From the NCBI GenBank assembly GCA_032718475.1, contig JAUCBJ010000533.1:1-64000 (forward strand): DNA of 64,000 nt. Reading direction: 5' to 3'. This document shows positions 10,141-25,100 of this stretch, one piece after another. The position numbers and the translations under genes are program-made. The notes beneath the pieces were generated by a model. That model had not been told where the DNA came from, did not search any database, and saw only the letters and a program-made list of their open reading frames with translations. The stretch comes from Nemertoderma westbladi. Taxonomy: Eukaryota; Animalia; Xenacoelomorpha. The stretch's first letter is position 1. Each line of letters starts with the position of its first letter.

Positions 10141-13100
10141 ATCAGCATCGTCCTAGAGAGAGAACAAAGCCAATTCTAAATCAGCATCGTCCTAGAGAGA
10201 GAACAAAGCCAATTCCAAATCAGCATCGTCCTAGAGAGAGAGAACAAAGCCAATTCTAAATAAGCACCGGCTTAGAGAGAGAACAAAGCCAATTCCAAAT
10301 CAGCATCGTCCTAGAGAGAGAGAACAAAGCCAATTCTAAATCAGCATCGTCCTAGAGAGAGAACAAAGCCAATTCCAAATCAGCATCGTCCTAGAGAGAG
10401 AGAACAAAGCCAATTCAAAATCAGCATCGTCCTAGAGAAAGAACAAAGCCAATTCTAAATCAGCATCGTCCTAGAGAGAGAACAAAGCCAATTCCAAATC
10501 AGCATCGTCCTAGAGAGAGAGAACAAAGCCAATTCTAAATAAGCACCGGCTTAGAGAGAGAGAACAAAGCCAATTCTAAATCAGAATCGTCCCAGAGAGA
10601 GAACAAAGCCAATTCTAAATCACCATCGGCCTAGAGAGAGAACAAAGCCAATTCTAAATCAGCATCGTCCTAGAGAGAGAACAAAGCCAATTCTAAATCA
10701 GCATCGTCCTAGAGAGAACAAAGCCAATTCCAAATCAGCATCGGCCTAGAGAGAGAACAAAGCCAATTCTAAATAAGCACCGTCCTAGAGAGAGAACAAA
10801 GCCAATTCTAAATAAGCAAAGCATCGTATTAGAGAGAGAACAAAGCCAATTCTAAATCAGCATCGTCCTAGAGAGAGAACAAAGCCAATTCTAAATAAGC
10901 ACCGTCCTAGAGAGAGAACAAAGCCAATTCTAAATAAGCATCGTCCTAGAGAGAGAACAAAGCCAATTCTAAATCAGAATCGTCCCAGAGAGAGAACAAA
11001 GCCAATTCTAAATCAGCATCGTCCTAGAGAGAGAACAAAGCCAATTCCAAATCAGCATCGTCCTAGAGAGAGAACAAAGCCAATTCTAAATCAGCATCGT
11101 CCTAGAGAGAACAAAGCCAATTCCAAATCAGCATCGTCCTAGAGAGAACAAAGCCAATTCCAAATCAGCATCGGCCTAGAGAGAGAACAAAGCCAATTCT
11201 AAATAAGCACCGTCCTAGAGAGAGAACAAAGCCAATTCTAAATAAGCATCGTCCTAGAGAGAGAACAAAGCCAATTCTAAATAAGCACCGTCCTAGAGAG
11301 AGAACAAAGCCAATTCCAAATCAGCATCGGCCTAGAGAGAGAACAAAGCCAATTCCAAATCAGCATCGTCCTAGAGAGAGAACAAAGCCAATTCTAAATC
11401 AGCATCGTCCTAGAGAGAACAAAGCCAATTCCAAATCAGCATCGTCCTAGAGAGAACAAAGCCAATTCCAAATCAGCATCGGCCTAGAGAGAGAACAAAG
11501 CCAATTCTAAATAAGCACCGTCCTAGAGAGAGAACAAAGCCAATTCTAAATAAGCATCGTCCTAGAGAGAGAACAAAGCCAATTCTAAATAAGCACCGTC
11601 CTAGAGAGAGAACAAAGCCAATTCTAAATAAGCATCGTCCTAGAGAGAGAACAAAGCCAATTCTAAATCAGCATCGCCCTAGAGAGAGAACAAAGCCAAT
11701 TCTAAATCAGAATCGTCCCAGAGAGAGAACAAAGCCAATTCCAAATCAGCATCGTCCTAGAGAGAACAAAGCCAATTCCAAATCAGCATCGGCCTAGAGA
11801 GAGAACAAAGCCAATTCTAAATAAGCACCGGCTTAGAGAGAGAACAAAGCCAATTCCAAATCAGCATCGGCCTAGAGAGAGAACAAAGCCAATTCTAAAT
11901 AAGCATCGTCCTAGAGAGAGAACAAAGCCAATTCTAAATCAGAATCGTCCCAGAGAGAGAACAAAGCCAATTCCAAATCAGCATCGTCCTAGAGAGAACA
12001 AAGCCAATTCCAAATCAGCATCGGCCTAGAGAGAGAACAAAGCCAATTCTAAATAAGCACCGGCTTAGAGAGAGAACAAAGCCAATTCCAAATCAGCATC
12101 GTCCTAGAGAGAACAAAGCCAATTCTAAATCAGAATCGTCCCAGAGAGAGAACAAAGCCAATTCTAAATAAGCACCGGCTTAGAGAGAGAACAAAGCCAA
12201 TTCTAAATAAGCATCGTCCTAGAGAGAGAACAAAGCCAATTCTAAATCAGAATCGTCCCAGAGAGAGAACAAAGCCAATTCCAAATCAGCATCGTCCTAG
12301 AGAGAACAAAGCCAATTCCAAATCAGCATCGGCCTAGAGAGAGAACAAAGCCAATTCTAAATAAGCACCGTCCTAGAGAGAGAACAAAGCCAATTCTAAA
12401 TAAGCATCGTCCTAGAGAGAGAACAAAGCCAATTCTAAATAAGCACCGTCCTAGAGAGAGAACAAAGCCAATTCTAAATAAGCATCGTCCTAGAGAGAGA
12501 ACAAAGCCAATTCTAAATCAGAATCGTCCCAGAGAGAGAACAAAGCCAATTCCAAATCAGCATCGTCCTAGAGAGAGAACAAAGCCAATTCTAAATCAGC
12601 ACCGGCCTAGAGAGAGAGAACAAAGCCAATTCTAAATCAGCACCGGCCTAAAGAGAGAGAACAAAGCCAATTCCAAATCAGCATCGGCCTAGAGAGAGAA
12701 CAAAGCCAATTCTAAATAAGCACCGGCTTAGAGAGAGAACAAAGCCAATTCCAAATCAGCATCGTCCTAGAGAGAACAAAGCCAATTCTAAATCAGAATC
12801 GTCCCAGAGAGAGAACAAAGCCAATTCTAAATAAGCACCGGCTTAGAGAGAGAACAAAGCCAATTCCAAATCAGCATCGTCCTAGAGAGAACAAAGCCAA
12901 TTCCAAATCAGCATCGGCCTAGAGAGAGAACAAAGCCAATTCTAAATAAGCACCGGCTTAGAGAGAGAACAAAGCCAATTCCAAATCAGCATCGTCCTAG
13001 AGAGAGAGAACAAAGCCAATTCTAAATCAGCATCGTCCTAGAGAGAACAAAGCCAATTCTAAATCAGAATCGTCCCAGAGAGAGAACAAAGCCAATTCTA

Positions 13101-16100
13101 AATAAGCACCGGCTTAGAGAGAGAACAAAGCCAATTCCAAATCAGCATCGTCCTAGAGAGAACAAAGCCAATTCTAAATCAGAATCGTCCCAGAGAGAGA
13201 ACAAAGCCAATTCTAAATAAGCACCGGCTTAGAGAGAGAACAAAGCCAATTCCAAATCAGCATCGTCCTAGAGAGAACAAAGCCAATTCCAAATCAGCAT
13301 CGGCCTAGAGAGAGAACAAAGCCAATTCCAAATCAGCATCGTCCTAGAGAGAACAAAGCCAATTCTAAATCAGAATCGTCCCAGAGAGAGAACAAAGCCA
13401 ATTCTAAATAAGCACCGGCTTAGAGAGAGAACAAAGCCAATTCCAAATCAGCATCGTCCTAGAGAGAACAAAGCCAATTCCAAATCAGCATCGGCCTAGA
13501 GAGAGAACAAAGCCAATTCTAAATAAGCACCGGCTTAGAGAGAGAACAAAGCCAATTCCAAATCAGCATCGTCCTAGAGAGAGAGAACAAAGCCAATTCC
13601 AAATCAGCATCGTCCTAGAGAGAGAGAACAAAGCCAATTCCAAATCAGCATCGTCCTAGAGAGAACAAAGCCAATTCCAAATCAGCATCGGCCTAGAGAG
13701 AGAACAAAGCCAATTCTAAATCAGCACCGTCCTAGAGAGAGAACAAAGCCAATTCCAAATCAGCATCGTCCTAGAGAGAGAGAACAAAGCCAATTCCAAA
13801 TCAGCATCGGCCTAGAGAGAGAACAAAGCCAATTCTAAATCAGCATCGGCTTAGAGAGAGAACAAAGCCAATTCTAAATCAGAATCGTCCCAGAGAGAGA
13901 ACAAAGCCAATTCCAAATCAGCATCGGCTTGGAGAGAGAACAAAGCCAATTCTAAATCAGCATCGGCCTAGAGAGAGAACAAAGCCAATTCTAAATAAGC
14001 ACCGGCTTAGAGAGAGAACAAAGCCAATTCCAAATCAGCATCGGCCTAGAGAGAGAACAAAGCCAATTCCAAATCAGAATCGTCCTAGAGAGAGAACAAA
14101 GACAATTCTAAATCAGAATCGTCCTAGAGAGAGAACAAAGCCAATTCTAAATCAGAATCGGCCTAGAGAGAGAGAACAAAGCCAATTCTAAATCAGCATC
14201 GCCCTAGAGAGAGAACAAAGCCAATTCCAAATCAGAATCGTCCTAGAGAGAGAACAAAGACAATTCTAAATCAGCATCGCCCTAGAGAGAGAACAAAGCC
14301 AATTCTAAATCAGCACCGGTCTAGAGAGAGAACAAAGCCAATTCTAAATCAGCATCGCCCTAGAGAGAGAACAAAGCCAATTCTAAATCAGCACCGGTCT
14401 AGAGAGAGAACAAAGCCAATTCTAAATCAGCACCGTCCTAGAGAGAGAGAACAAAGCCAATTCTAAATCAGCATCGTCCTAGAGAGAGAGAACAAAGCCA
14501 ATTCTAAATCAGAATCGTCCCAGAGAGAGAACAAAGCCAATTCTAAATCAGCATCGTCCTAGAGAGAGAGAACAAAGCCAATTCCAAATCAGCATCGGCT
14601 TGGAGAGAGAACAAAGCCAATTCTAAATCAGCATCGCCCTAGAGAGAGAACAAAGCCAATTCTAAATCAGCACCGGTCTAGAGAGAGAACAAAGCCAATT
14701 CTAAATCAGCACCGTCCTAGAGAGAGAGAACAAAGCCAATTCCAAATCAGCATCGTCCCTGAGAGAGAACAAAGCCAATTCTAAATCAGCATCGTCCTAG
14801 AGAGAGAGAACAAAGCCAATTCCAAATCAGCATCGGCTTGGAGAGAGAACAAAGCCAATTCTAAATCAGCATCGCCCTAGAGAGAGAACAAAGCCAATTC
14901 TAAATCAGAATCGTCCCAGAGAGAGAACAAAGCCAATTCCAAATCAGCATCGTCCCTGAGAGAGAACAAAGCCAATTCTAAATCAGTATCGTCCTAGAGA
15001 GAGAGAACAAAGCCAATTCCAAATCAGCATCGGCTTGGAGAGAGAACAAAGCCAATTCTAAATCAGCATCGCCCTAGAGAGAGAACAAAGCCAATTCTAA
15101 ATCAGCATCGGCCTAGAGAGAGAACAAAGCCAATTCTAAATCAGAATCGTCCCAGAGAGAGAACAAAGCCAATTCCAAATCAGCATCGGCCTAGAGAGAG
15201 AACAAAGCCAATTCTAAATCAGAATCGTCCTAGAGAGAACAAAGCCAATTCTAAATCAGCATCGTCCTAGAGAGAACAAAGCCAATTCTAAATCAGCATC
15301 GTCCTAGAGAGAGAGAACAAAGCCAATTCTAAATCAGAATCGTCCTGGAGAGAACAAAGCCAATTCTAAATCAGCATCGTCCTAGAGAGAGAGAACAAAG
15401 CCAATTCTAAATCAGAATCGTCCCAGAGAGAGAACAAAGCCAATTCCAAATCAGCATCGGCCTAGAGAGAGAGAACAAAGCCAATTCTAAATCAGAATCG
15501 TCCCAGAGAGAGAACAAAGCCAATTCTAAATCAGCATCGTCCTAGAGAGAGAGAACAAAGCCAATTCTAAATCAGAATCGTCCTGGAGAGAACAAAGCCA
15601 ATTCTAAATCAGCATCGTCCTAGAGAGAGAGAACAAAGCCAATTCTAAATCAGAATCGTCCCAGAGAGAGAACAAAGCCAATTCCAAATCAGAATCGTCC
15701 CAGAGAGAGAACAAAGCCAATTCTAAATCAGCATCGCCCTAGAGAGAGAACAAAGCCAATTCCAAATCAGCACCGGTCTAGAGAGAGAACAAAGCCAATT
15801 CTAAATCAGCATCGTCCTAGAGAGAGAACAAAGCCAATTCTAAATCAGCATCGTCCTAGAGAGAGAACAAAGCCAATTCCAAATCAGCATCGGCTTGGAG
15901 AGAGAACAAAGCCAATTCTAAATCAGCATCGTCCTAGAGAGAGAACAAAGCCAATTCCAAATCAGCATCGGCTTGGAGAGAGAACAAAGCCAATTCTAAA
16001 TCAGCATCGGCCTAGAGAGAGAACAAAGCCAATTCTAAATCAGAATCGTCCCAGAGAGAGAACAAAGCCAATTCCAAATCAGCATCGGCCTAGAGAGAGA

Positions 16101-19100
16101 ACAAAGCCAATTCTAAATAAGCATCGGCCTAGAGAGAGAACAAAGCCAATTCTAAATCAGAATCGTCCCAGAGAGAGAACAAAGCCAATTCTAAATCAGC
16201 ATCGTCCTAGAGAGAGAGAACAAAGCCAATTCCAAATCAGCATCGGCTTGGAGAGAGAACAAAGCCAATTCTAAATCAGCATCGCCCTAGAGAGAGAACA
16301 AAGCCAATTCTAAATCAGCACCGGTCTAGAGAGAGAACAAAGCCAATTCTAAATCAGCACCGTCCTAGAGAGAGAACAAAGCCAATTCTAAATCAGCATC
16401 GTCCTAGAGAGAGAACAAAGCCAATTCTAAATCAGAATCGTCCCAGAGAGAGAACAAAGCCAATTCTAAATCAGCATCGTCCTAGAGAGAGAGAACAAAG
16501 CCAATTCCAAATCAGCATCGGCTTGGAGAGAGAACAAAGCCAATTCTAAATCAGCATCGCCCTAGAGAGAGAACAAAGCCAATTCTAAATCAGCACCGGT
16601 CTAGAGAGAGAACAAAGCCAATTCTAAATCAGCACCGTCCTAGAGAGAGAACAAAGCCAATTCTAAATCAGCATCGCCCTAGAGAGAGAACAAAGCCAAT
16701 TCTAAATCAGCACCGGTCTAGAGAGAGAACAAAGCCAATTCTAAATCAGCACCGTCCTAGAGAGAGAACAAAGCCAATTCTAAATCAGCATCGTCCTAGA
16801 GAGAACAAAGCCAATTCTAAATCAGAATCGTCCCAGAGAGAGAACAAAGCCAATTCTAAATCAGCATCGTCCTAGAGAGAGAGAACAAAGCCAATTCCAA
16901 ATCAGCATCGGCTTGGAGAGAGAACAAAGCCAATTCTAAATCAGCATCGCCCTAGAGAGAGAACAAAGCCAATTCTAAATCAGAATCGTCCCAGAGAGAG
17001 AACAAAGCCAATTCCAAATCAGAATCGTCCCAGAGAGAGAACAAAGCCAATTCCAAATCAGCATCGGCTTGGAGAGAGAACAAAGCCAATTCTAAATCAG
17101 CATCGGCCTAGAGAGAGAACAAAGCCAATTCTAAATCAGAATCGTCCCAGAGAGAGAACAAAGCCAATTCCAAATCAGCATCGGCTTGGAGAGAGAACAA
17201 AGCCAATTCTAAATCAGCATCGGCCTAGAGAGAGAACAAAGCCAATTCTAAATAAGCACCGGCTTAGAGAGAGAACAAAGCCAATTCCAAATCAGCATCG
17301 GCCTAGAGAGAGAACAAAGCCAATTCCAAATCAGAATCGTCCTAGAGAGAGAACAAAGACAATTCTAAATCAGAATCGTCCTAGAGAGAGAACAAAGCCA
17401 ATTCTAAATCAGCATCGCCCTAGAGAGAGAACAAAGCCAATTCTAAATCAGCACCGGTCTAGAGAGAGAACAAAGCCAATTCTAAATCAGCACCGTCCTA
17501 GAGAGAGAGAACAAAGCCAATTCTAAATCAGCATCGTCCTAGAGAGAGAACAAAGCCAATTCTAAATCAGAATCGTCCTAGAGAGAGAACAAAGCCAATT
17601 CTAAATAAGCACCGGCTTAGAGAGAGAACAAAGCCAATTCTAAATCAGAATCGTCCCAGAGAGAGAACAAAGCCAATTCTAAATCAGCATCGTCCTAGAG
17701 AGAGAGAACAAAGCCAATTCTAAATCAGCATCGTCCTAGAGAGAGAACAAAGCCAATTCTAAATCAGAATCGTCCCAGAGAGAGAACAAAGCCAATTCTA
17801 AATCAGCATCGTCCTAGAGAGAGAGAACAAAGCCAATTCTAAATCAGCAACGGACTAGAGAGAGAACAAAGCCAATTCTAAATCAGAATCGTCCTAGAGA
17901 GAGAACAAAGCCAATTCTAAATAAGCACCGGCTTAGAGAGAGAACAAAGCCAATTCTAAATCAGAATCGTCCTAGAGAGAGAACAAAGCCAATTCTAAAT
18001 CAGAATCGTCCTAGAGAGAGAACAAAGCCAATTCTAAATCAGCATCGTCCTAGAGAGAGAACAAAGCCAATTCTAAATAAGCACCGGTCTAGAGAGAGAA
18101 CAAAGCCAATTCTAAATCAGCACCGTCCTAGAGAGAGAGAACAAAGCCAATTCCAAATCAGCATCGTCCTAGAGAGAGAGAACAAAGCCAATTCTAAATC
18201 AGCACCGGTCTAGAGAGAGAACAAAGCCAATTCTAAATCAGCACCGTCCTAGAGAGAGAGAACAAAGCCAATTCCAAATCAGCATCGTCCTAGAGAGAGA
18301 GAACAAAGCCAATTCTAAATCAGAATCGTCCCAGAGAGAGAACAAAGCCAATTCTAAATCAGCATCGCCCTAGAGAGAGAACAAAGCCAATTCTAAATCA
18401 GCACCGTCCTAGAGAGAGAGAACAAAGCCAATTCCAAATCAGCATCGTCCTAGAGAGAGAGAACAAAGCCAATTCTAAATCAGAATCGTCCCAGAGAGAG
18501 AACAAAGCCAATTCTAAATCAGCATCGCCCTAGAGAGAGAACAAAGCCAATTCTAAATCAGCACCGTCCTAGAGAGAGAGAACAAAGCCAATTCTAAATC
18601 AGAATCGTCCTAGAGAGAGAACAAAGCCAATTCTAAATAAGCATCGTCCTAGAGAGAGAACAAAGCCAATTCTAAATCAGCATCGCCCTAGAGAGAGAAC
18701 AAAGCCAATTCTAAATCAGCACCGGTCTAGAGAGAGAACAAAGCCAATTCCAAATCAGCATCGCCCTAGAGAGAGAACAAAGCCAATTCTAAATCAGCAC
18801 CGGTCTAGAGAGAGAACAAAGCCAATTCTAAATCAGCACCGGTCTAGAGAGAGAACAAAGCCAATTCCAAATCAGCATCGTCCTAGAGAGAGAACAAAGC
18901 CAATTCTAAATCAGCACCGGTCTAGAGAGAGAACAAAGCCAATTCCAAATCAGCATCGTCCTAGAGAGAGAGAACAAAGCCAATTCTAAATCAGAATCGT
19001 CCCAGAGAGAGAACAAAGCCAATTCTAAATCAGCATCGCCCTAGAGAGAGAACAAAGCCAATTCTAAATCAGCACCGGTCTAGAGAGAGAACAAAGCCAA

Positions 19101-22100
19101 TTCCAAATCAGCATCGCCCTAGAGAGAGAACAAAGCCAATTCTAAATCAGCACCGGTCTAGAGAGAGAACAAAGCCAATTCTAAATCAGCACCGTCCTAG
19201 AGAGAGAGAACAAAGCCAATTCCAAATCAGCATCGTCCTAGAGAGAGAGAACAAAGCCAATTCTAAATCAGAATCGTCCCAGAGAGAGAACAAAGCCAAT
19301 TCTAAATCAGCATCGCCCTAGAGAGAGAACAAAGCCAATTCTAAATCAGCACCGGTCTAGAGAGAGAACAAAGCCAATTCTAAATCAGCACCGTCCTAGA
19401 GAGAGAGAACAAAGCCAATTCCAAATCAGCATCGTCCTAGAGAGAGAACAAAGCCAATTCCAAATCAGCATCGTCCTAGAGAGAGAACAAAGCCAATTCT
19501 AAATCAGCATCGTCCTAGAGAGAACAAAGCCAATTCCAAATCAGCATCGGCCTAGAGAGAGAACAAAGCCAATTCTAAATAAGCACCGGCTTAGAGAGAG
19601 AACAAAGCCAATTCCAAATCAGCATCGGCCTAGAGAGAGAACAAAGCCAATTCTAAATCAGCATCGTCCTAGAGAGAGAACAAAGCCAATTCTAAATCAG
19701 CATCGTCCTAGAGAGAACAAAGCCAATTCTAAATCAGCATCGTCCTAGAGAGAGAACAAAGCCAATTCTAAATCAGCATCGTCCTAGAGAGAACAAAGCC
19801 AATTCCAAATCAGCATCGGCCTAGAGAGAGAACAAAGCCAATTCTAAATAAGCACCGGCTTAGAGAGAGAACAAAGCCAATTCCAAATCAGCATCGGCCT
19901 AGAGAGAGAACAAAGCCAATTCTAAATCAGCATCGTCCTAGAGAGAGAACAAAGCCAATTCTAAATCAGCATCGTCCTAGAGAGAACAAAGCCAATTCCA
20001 AATCAGCATCGGCCTAGAGAGAGAACAAAGCCAATTCTAAATAAGCACCGGCTTAGAGAGAGAACAAAGCCAATTCCAAATCAGCATCGGCCTAGAGAGA
20101 GAACAAAGCCAATTCTAAATCAGAATCGTCCCAGAGAGAGAACAAAGCCAATTCCAAATCAGCATCGGCCTAGAGAGAGAACAAAGCCAATTCTAAATAA
20201 GCACCGGCTTAGAGAGAGAACAAAGCCAATTCCAAATCAGCATCGGCCTAGAGAGAGAACAAAGCCAATTCCAAATCAGAATCGTCCTAGAGAGAGAACA
20301 AAGACAATTCTAAATCAGAATCGTCCTAGAGAGAACAAAGCCAATTCTAAATCAGCATCGTCCTAGAGAGAGAACAAAGCCAATTCTAAATCAGCATCGT
20401 CCTAGAGAGAACAAAGCCAATTCCAAATCAGCATCGGCCTAGAGAGAGAACAAAGCCAATTCTAAATAAGCACCGGCTTAGAGAGAGAACAAAGCCAATT
20501 CCAAATCAGCATCGGCCTAGAGAGAGAACAAAGCCAATTCTAAATCAGCATCGTCCTAGAGAGAGAACAAAGCCAATTCTAAATCAGCATCGTCCTAGAG
20601 AGAACAAAGCCAATTCCAAATCAGCATCGGCCTAGAGAGAGAACAAAGCCAATTCTAAATAAGCACCGGCTTAGAGAGAGAACAAAGCCAATTCCAAATC
20701 AGCATCGGCCTAGAGAGAGAACAAAGCCAATTCTAAATCAGAATCGTCCCAGAGAGAGAACAAAGCCAATTCCAAATCAGCATCGGCCTAGAGAGAGAAC
20801 AAAGCCAATTCTAAATAAGCACCGGCTTAGAGAGAGAACAAAGCCAATTCCAAATCAGCATCGGCCTAGAGAGAGAACAAAGCCAATTCCAAATCAGAAT
20901 CGTCCTAGAGAGAGAACAAAGACAATTCTAAATCAGAATCGTCCTAGAGAGAGAACAAAGCCAATTCCAAATCAACACCGTCCTAGAGAGAGAACAAAGC
21001 CAATTCTAAATCAGCATCGTCCTAGAGAGAGAACAAAGCCAATTCTAAATCAGCATCGCCCTAGAGAGAGAACAAAGCCAATTCTAAATCAGAATCGTCC
21101 CAGAGAGAGAACAAAGCCAATTCTAAATCAGCATCGCCCTAGAGAGAGAACAAAGCCAATTCTAAATCAGCACCGTCCTAGAGAGAGAGAACAAAGCCAA
21201 TTCTAAATCAGCATCGCCCTAGAGAGAGAACAAAGCCAATTCTAAATCAGCACCGTCCTAGAGAGAGAGAACAAAGCCAATTCTAAATCAGAATCGTCCC
21301 AGAGAGAGAACAAAGCCAATTCTAAATCAGCACCGGTCTAGAGAGAGAGAACAAAGCCAATTCTAAATCAGCATCGTCCTAGAGAGAGAACAAAGCCAAT
21401 TCTAAATCAGCACCGGTCTAGAGAGAGAGAACAAAGCCAATTCTAAATCAGCATCGTCCTAGAGAGAGAGAACAAAGCCAATTCTAAATCAGCACCGGTC
21501 TAGAGAGAGAGAACAAAGCCAATTCTAAATCAGCATCGTCCTAGAGAGAGAACAAAGCCAATTCTAAATCAGCACCGGTCTAGAGAGAGAGAACAAAGCC
21601 AATTCTAAATCAGCATCGTCCTAGAGAGAGAACAAAGCCAATTCTAAATCAGCATCGTCCTAGAGAGAACAAAGCCAATTCTAAATCAGCATCGGCCTAG
21701 AGAGAGAACAAAGCCAATTCTAAATCAGAATCGTCCCAGAGAGAGAACAAAGCCAATTCTAAATCAGCATCGGCCTAGAGAGAGAACAAAGCCAATTATA
21801 AATCAGCATCGGCCTAGAGAGAGAACAAAGCCAATTATAAATCAGCATCGTCCTAGAGAGAGAACAAAGCCAATTCTAAATCAGCATCGTCCTAGAGAGA
21901 GAGAACAAAGCCAATTCTAAATCAGCATCGGCCTAGAGAGAGAACAAAGCCAATTCTAAATCAGCATCGGCCTAGAGAGAGAACAAAGCCAATTCTAAAT
22001 CAGCACCGGCTTAGAGAGAGAACAAAGCCAATTCTAAATCAGCATCGGCCTAGAGAGAGAACAAAGCCAATTCTAAATCAGCATCGGCCTAGAGAGAGAA

Positions 22101-25100
22101 CAAAGCCAATTCTAAATCAGCATCGGCCTAGAGAGAGAACAAAGCCAATTATAAATCAGCATCGGCCTAGAGAGAGAACAAAGCCAATTATAAATCAGCA
22201 TCGTCCTAGAGAGAGAACAAAGCCAATTCTAAATCAGCATCGTCCTAGAGAGAGAGAACAAAGCCAATTCTAAATCAGCATCGGCCTAGAGAGAGAACAA
22301 AGCCAATTCTAAATCAGCACCGGCTTAGAGAGAGAACAAAGCCAATTCCAAATAAGCATCGGCCTAGAGAGAGAACAAAGCCAATTCTAAATCAGCATCG
22401 TCCTAGAGAGAGAGAACAAAGCCAATTCTAAATCAGCATCGTCCTAGAGAGAGAGAACAAAGCCAATTCTAAATCAGAATCGTCCCAGAGAGAGAACAAA
22501 GCCAATTCTAAATCAGCATCGGCCTAGAGAGAGAACAAAGCCAATTCTAAATCAGAATCGTCCCAGAGAGAGAACAAAGCCAATTCTAAATCAGCATCGG
22601 CCTAGAGAGAGAACAAAGCCAATTATAAATCAGCATCGTCCTAGAGAGAGAACAAAGCCAATTCTAAATCAGCATCGTCCTAGAGAGAGAGAACAAAGCC
22701 AATTCTAAATCAGCATCGGCCTAGAGAGAGAACAAAGCCAATTCTAAATCAGCATCGGCCTAGAGAGAGAACAAAGCCAATTCTAAATCAGCATCGTCCT
22801 AGAGAGAGAGAACAAAGCCAATTCTAAATCAGCATCGTCCTAGAGAGAGAACAAAGCCAATTCTAAATCAGCATCGGCCTAGAGAGAGAGAACAAAGCCA
22901 ATTCTAAATCAACACCGTCCTAGAGAGAGAACAAAGCCAATTCTAAATCAGCATCGTCCTAGAGAGAGAACAAAGCCAATTCTAAATCAGAATCGTCCTA
23001 GAGAGAGAGAACAAAGCCAATTCAAAATCAACACCGTCCTAGAGAGAGAACAAAGCCAATTCTAAATCAGCATCGTCCCAGAGAGAGAACAAAGCCAATT
23101 CTAAATCAGAATCGTCCCAGAGAGAGAACAAAGCCAATTCTAAATCAGCATCGGCCTAGAGAGAGAACAAAGCCAATTCTAAATAAGCACCGTCCTAGAG
23201 AGAGAGAACAAAGCCAATTCTAAATCAACACCGTCCTAGAGAGAGAACAAAGCCAATTCTAAATAAGCATCGCCCTAGAGAGAGAGAACAAAGCCAATTC
23301 TAAATCAGCATCGTCCTAGAGAGAGAGAACAAAGCCAATTCAAAATCAACACCGTCCTAGAGAGAGAACAAAGCCAATTCTAAATCAGCATCGTCCCAGA
23401 GAGAGAACAAAGCCAATTCTAAATCAGAATCGTCCCAGAGAGAGAACAAAGCCAATTCTAAATCAGCATCGGCCTAGAGAGAGAACAAAGCCAATTCTAA
23501 ATCAGCATCGTCCTAGAGAGAGAGAACAAAGCCAATTCTAAATCAGCATCGTCCTAGAGAGAGAGAACAAAGCCAATTCTAAATCAGAATCGTCCCAGAG
23601 AGAGAACAAAGCCAATTCTAAATCAGCATCGTCCCAGAGAGAGAACAAAGCCAATTCAAAATCAACACCGTCCTAGAGAGAGAACAAAGCCAATTCTAAA
23701 TCAGCATCGTCCCAGAGAGAGAACAAAGCCAATTCTAAATCAGCATCGTCCTAGAGAGAGAACAAAGACAATTCTAAATCAGCATCGCCCTAGAGAGAGA
23801 ACAAAGCCAATTCTAAATCAGAATCGTCCCAGAGAGAGAACAAAGCCAATTCTAAATCAGCATCGTCCCAGAGAGAGAACAAAGCCAATTCTAAATCAGC
23901 ATCGTCCCAGAGAGAGAACAAAGCCAATTCTAAATCAGAATCGTCCCAGAGAGAGAACAAAGCCAATTCTAAATCAGCATCGTCCCAGAGAGAGAACAAA
24001 GCCAATTCTAAATCAGCATCGCCCTAGAGAGAGAACAAAGCCAATTCTAAATAAGCATCGTCCCAGAGAGAGAACAAAGCCAATTCTAAATCAGAATCGT
24101 CCCAGAGAGAGAACAAAGCCAATTCTAAATCAGCATCGTCCCAGAGAGAGAACAAAGCCAATTCTAAATCAGCATCGCCCTAGAGAGAGAACAAAGCCAA
24201 TTCTAAATCAGAATCGTCCCAGAGAGAGAACAAAGCCAATTCTAAATCAGCATCGTCCCAGAGAGAGAACAAAGCCAATTCTAAATCAGCATCGCCCTAG
24301 AGAGAGAACAAAGCCAATTCTAAATCAGAATCGTCCCAGAGAGAGAACAAAGCCAATTCTAAATCAGCATCGTCCCAGAGAGAGAACAAAGCCAATTCTA
24401 AATCAGCATCGCCCTAGAGAGAGAACAAAGCCAATTCTAAATAAGCATCGTCCCAGAGAGAGAACAAAGCCAATTCTAAATCAGAATCGTCCTAGAGAGA
24501 GAACAAAGCCAATTCTAAATCAGCACCGTCCTAGAGAGAGAGAACAAAGCCAATTCTAAATCAGCATCGTCCCAGAGAGAGAACAAAGCCAATTCTAAAT
24601 CAGCATCGTCCCAGAGAGAGAACAAAGCCAATTCTAAATCAGAATCGTCCCAGAGAGAGAACAAAGCCAATTCTAAATCAGCATCGTCCCAGAGAGAGAA
24701 CAAAGCCAATTCTAAATCAGCATCGGCCTAGAGAGAGAACAAAGCCAATTCTAAATAAGCATCGTCCTAGAGAGAGAACAAAGCCAATTCTAAATCAGCA
24801 TCGCCCTAGAGAGAGAACAAAGCCAATTCTAAATCAGAATCGTCCCAGAGAGAGAACAAAGCCAATTCTAAATCAGCAACGGTCTAGAGAGAGAGAGAAC
24901 AAAGCCAATTCTAAATCAGCATCGTATTAGAGAGAGAACAAAGCCAATTCTAAATCAGCATCGTCCTAGAGAGAACAAAGCCAATTCTAAATCAGCATCG
25001 TCCTAGAGAGAGAACAAAGCCAATTCTAAATCAGAATCGTCCCAGAGAGAGAACAAAGCCAATTCTAAATCAGCACCGTCCTAGAGAGAGAACAAAGCCA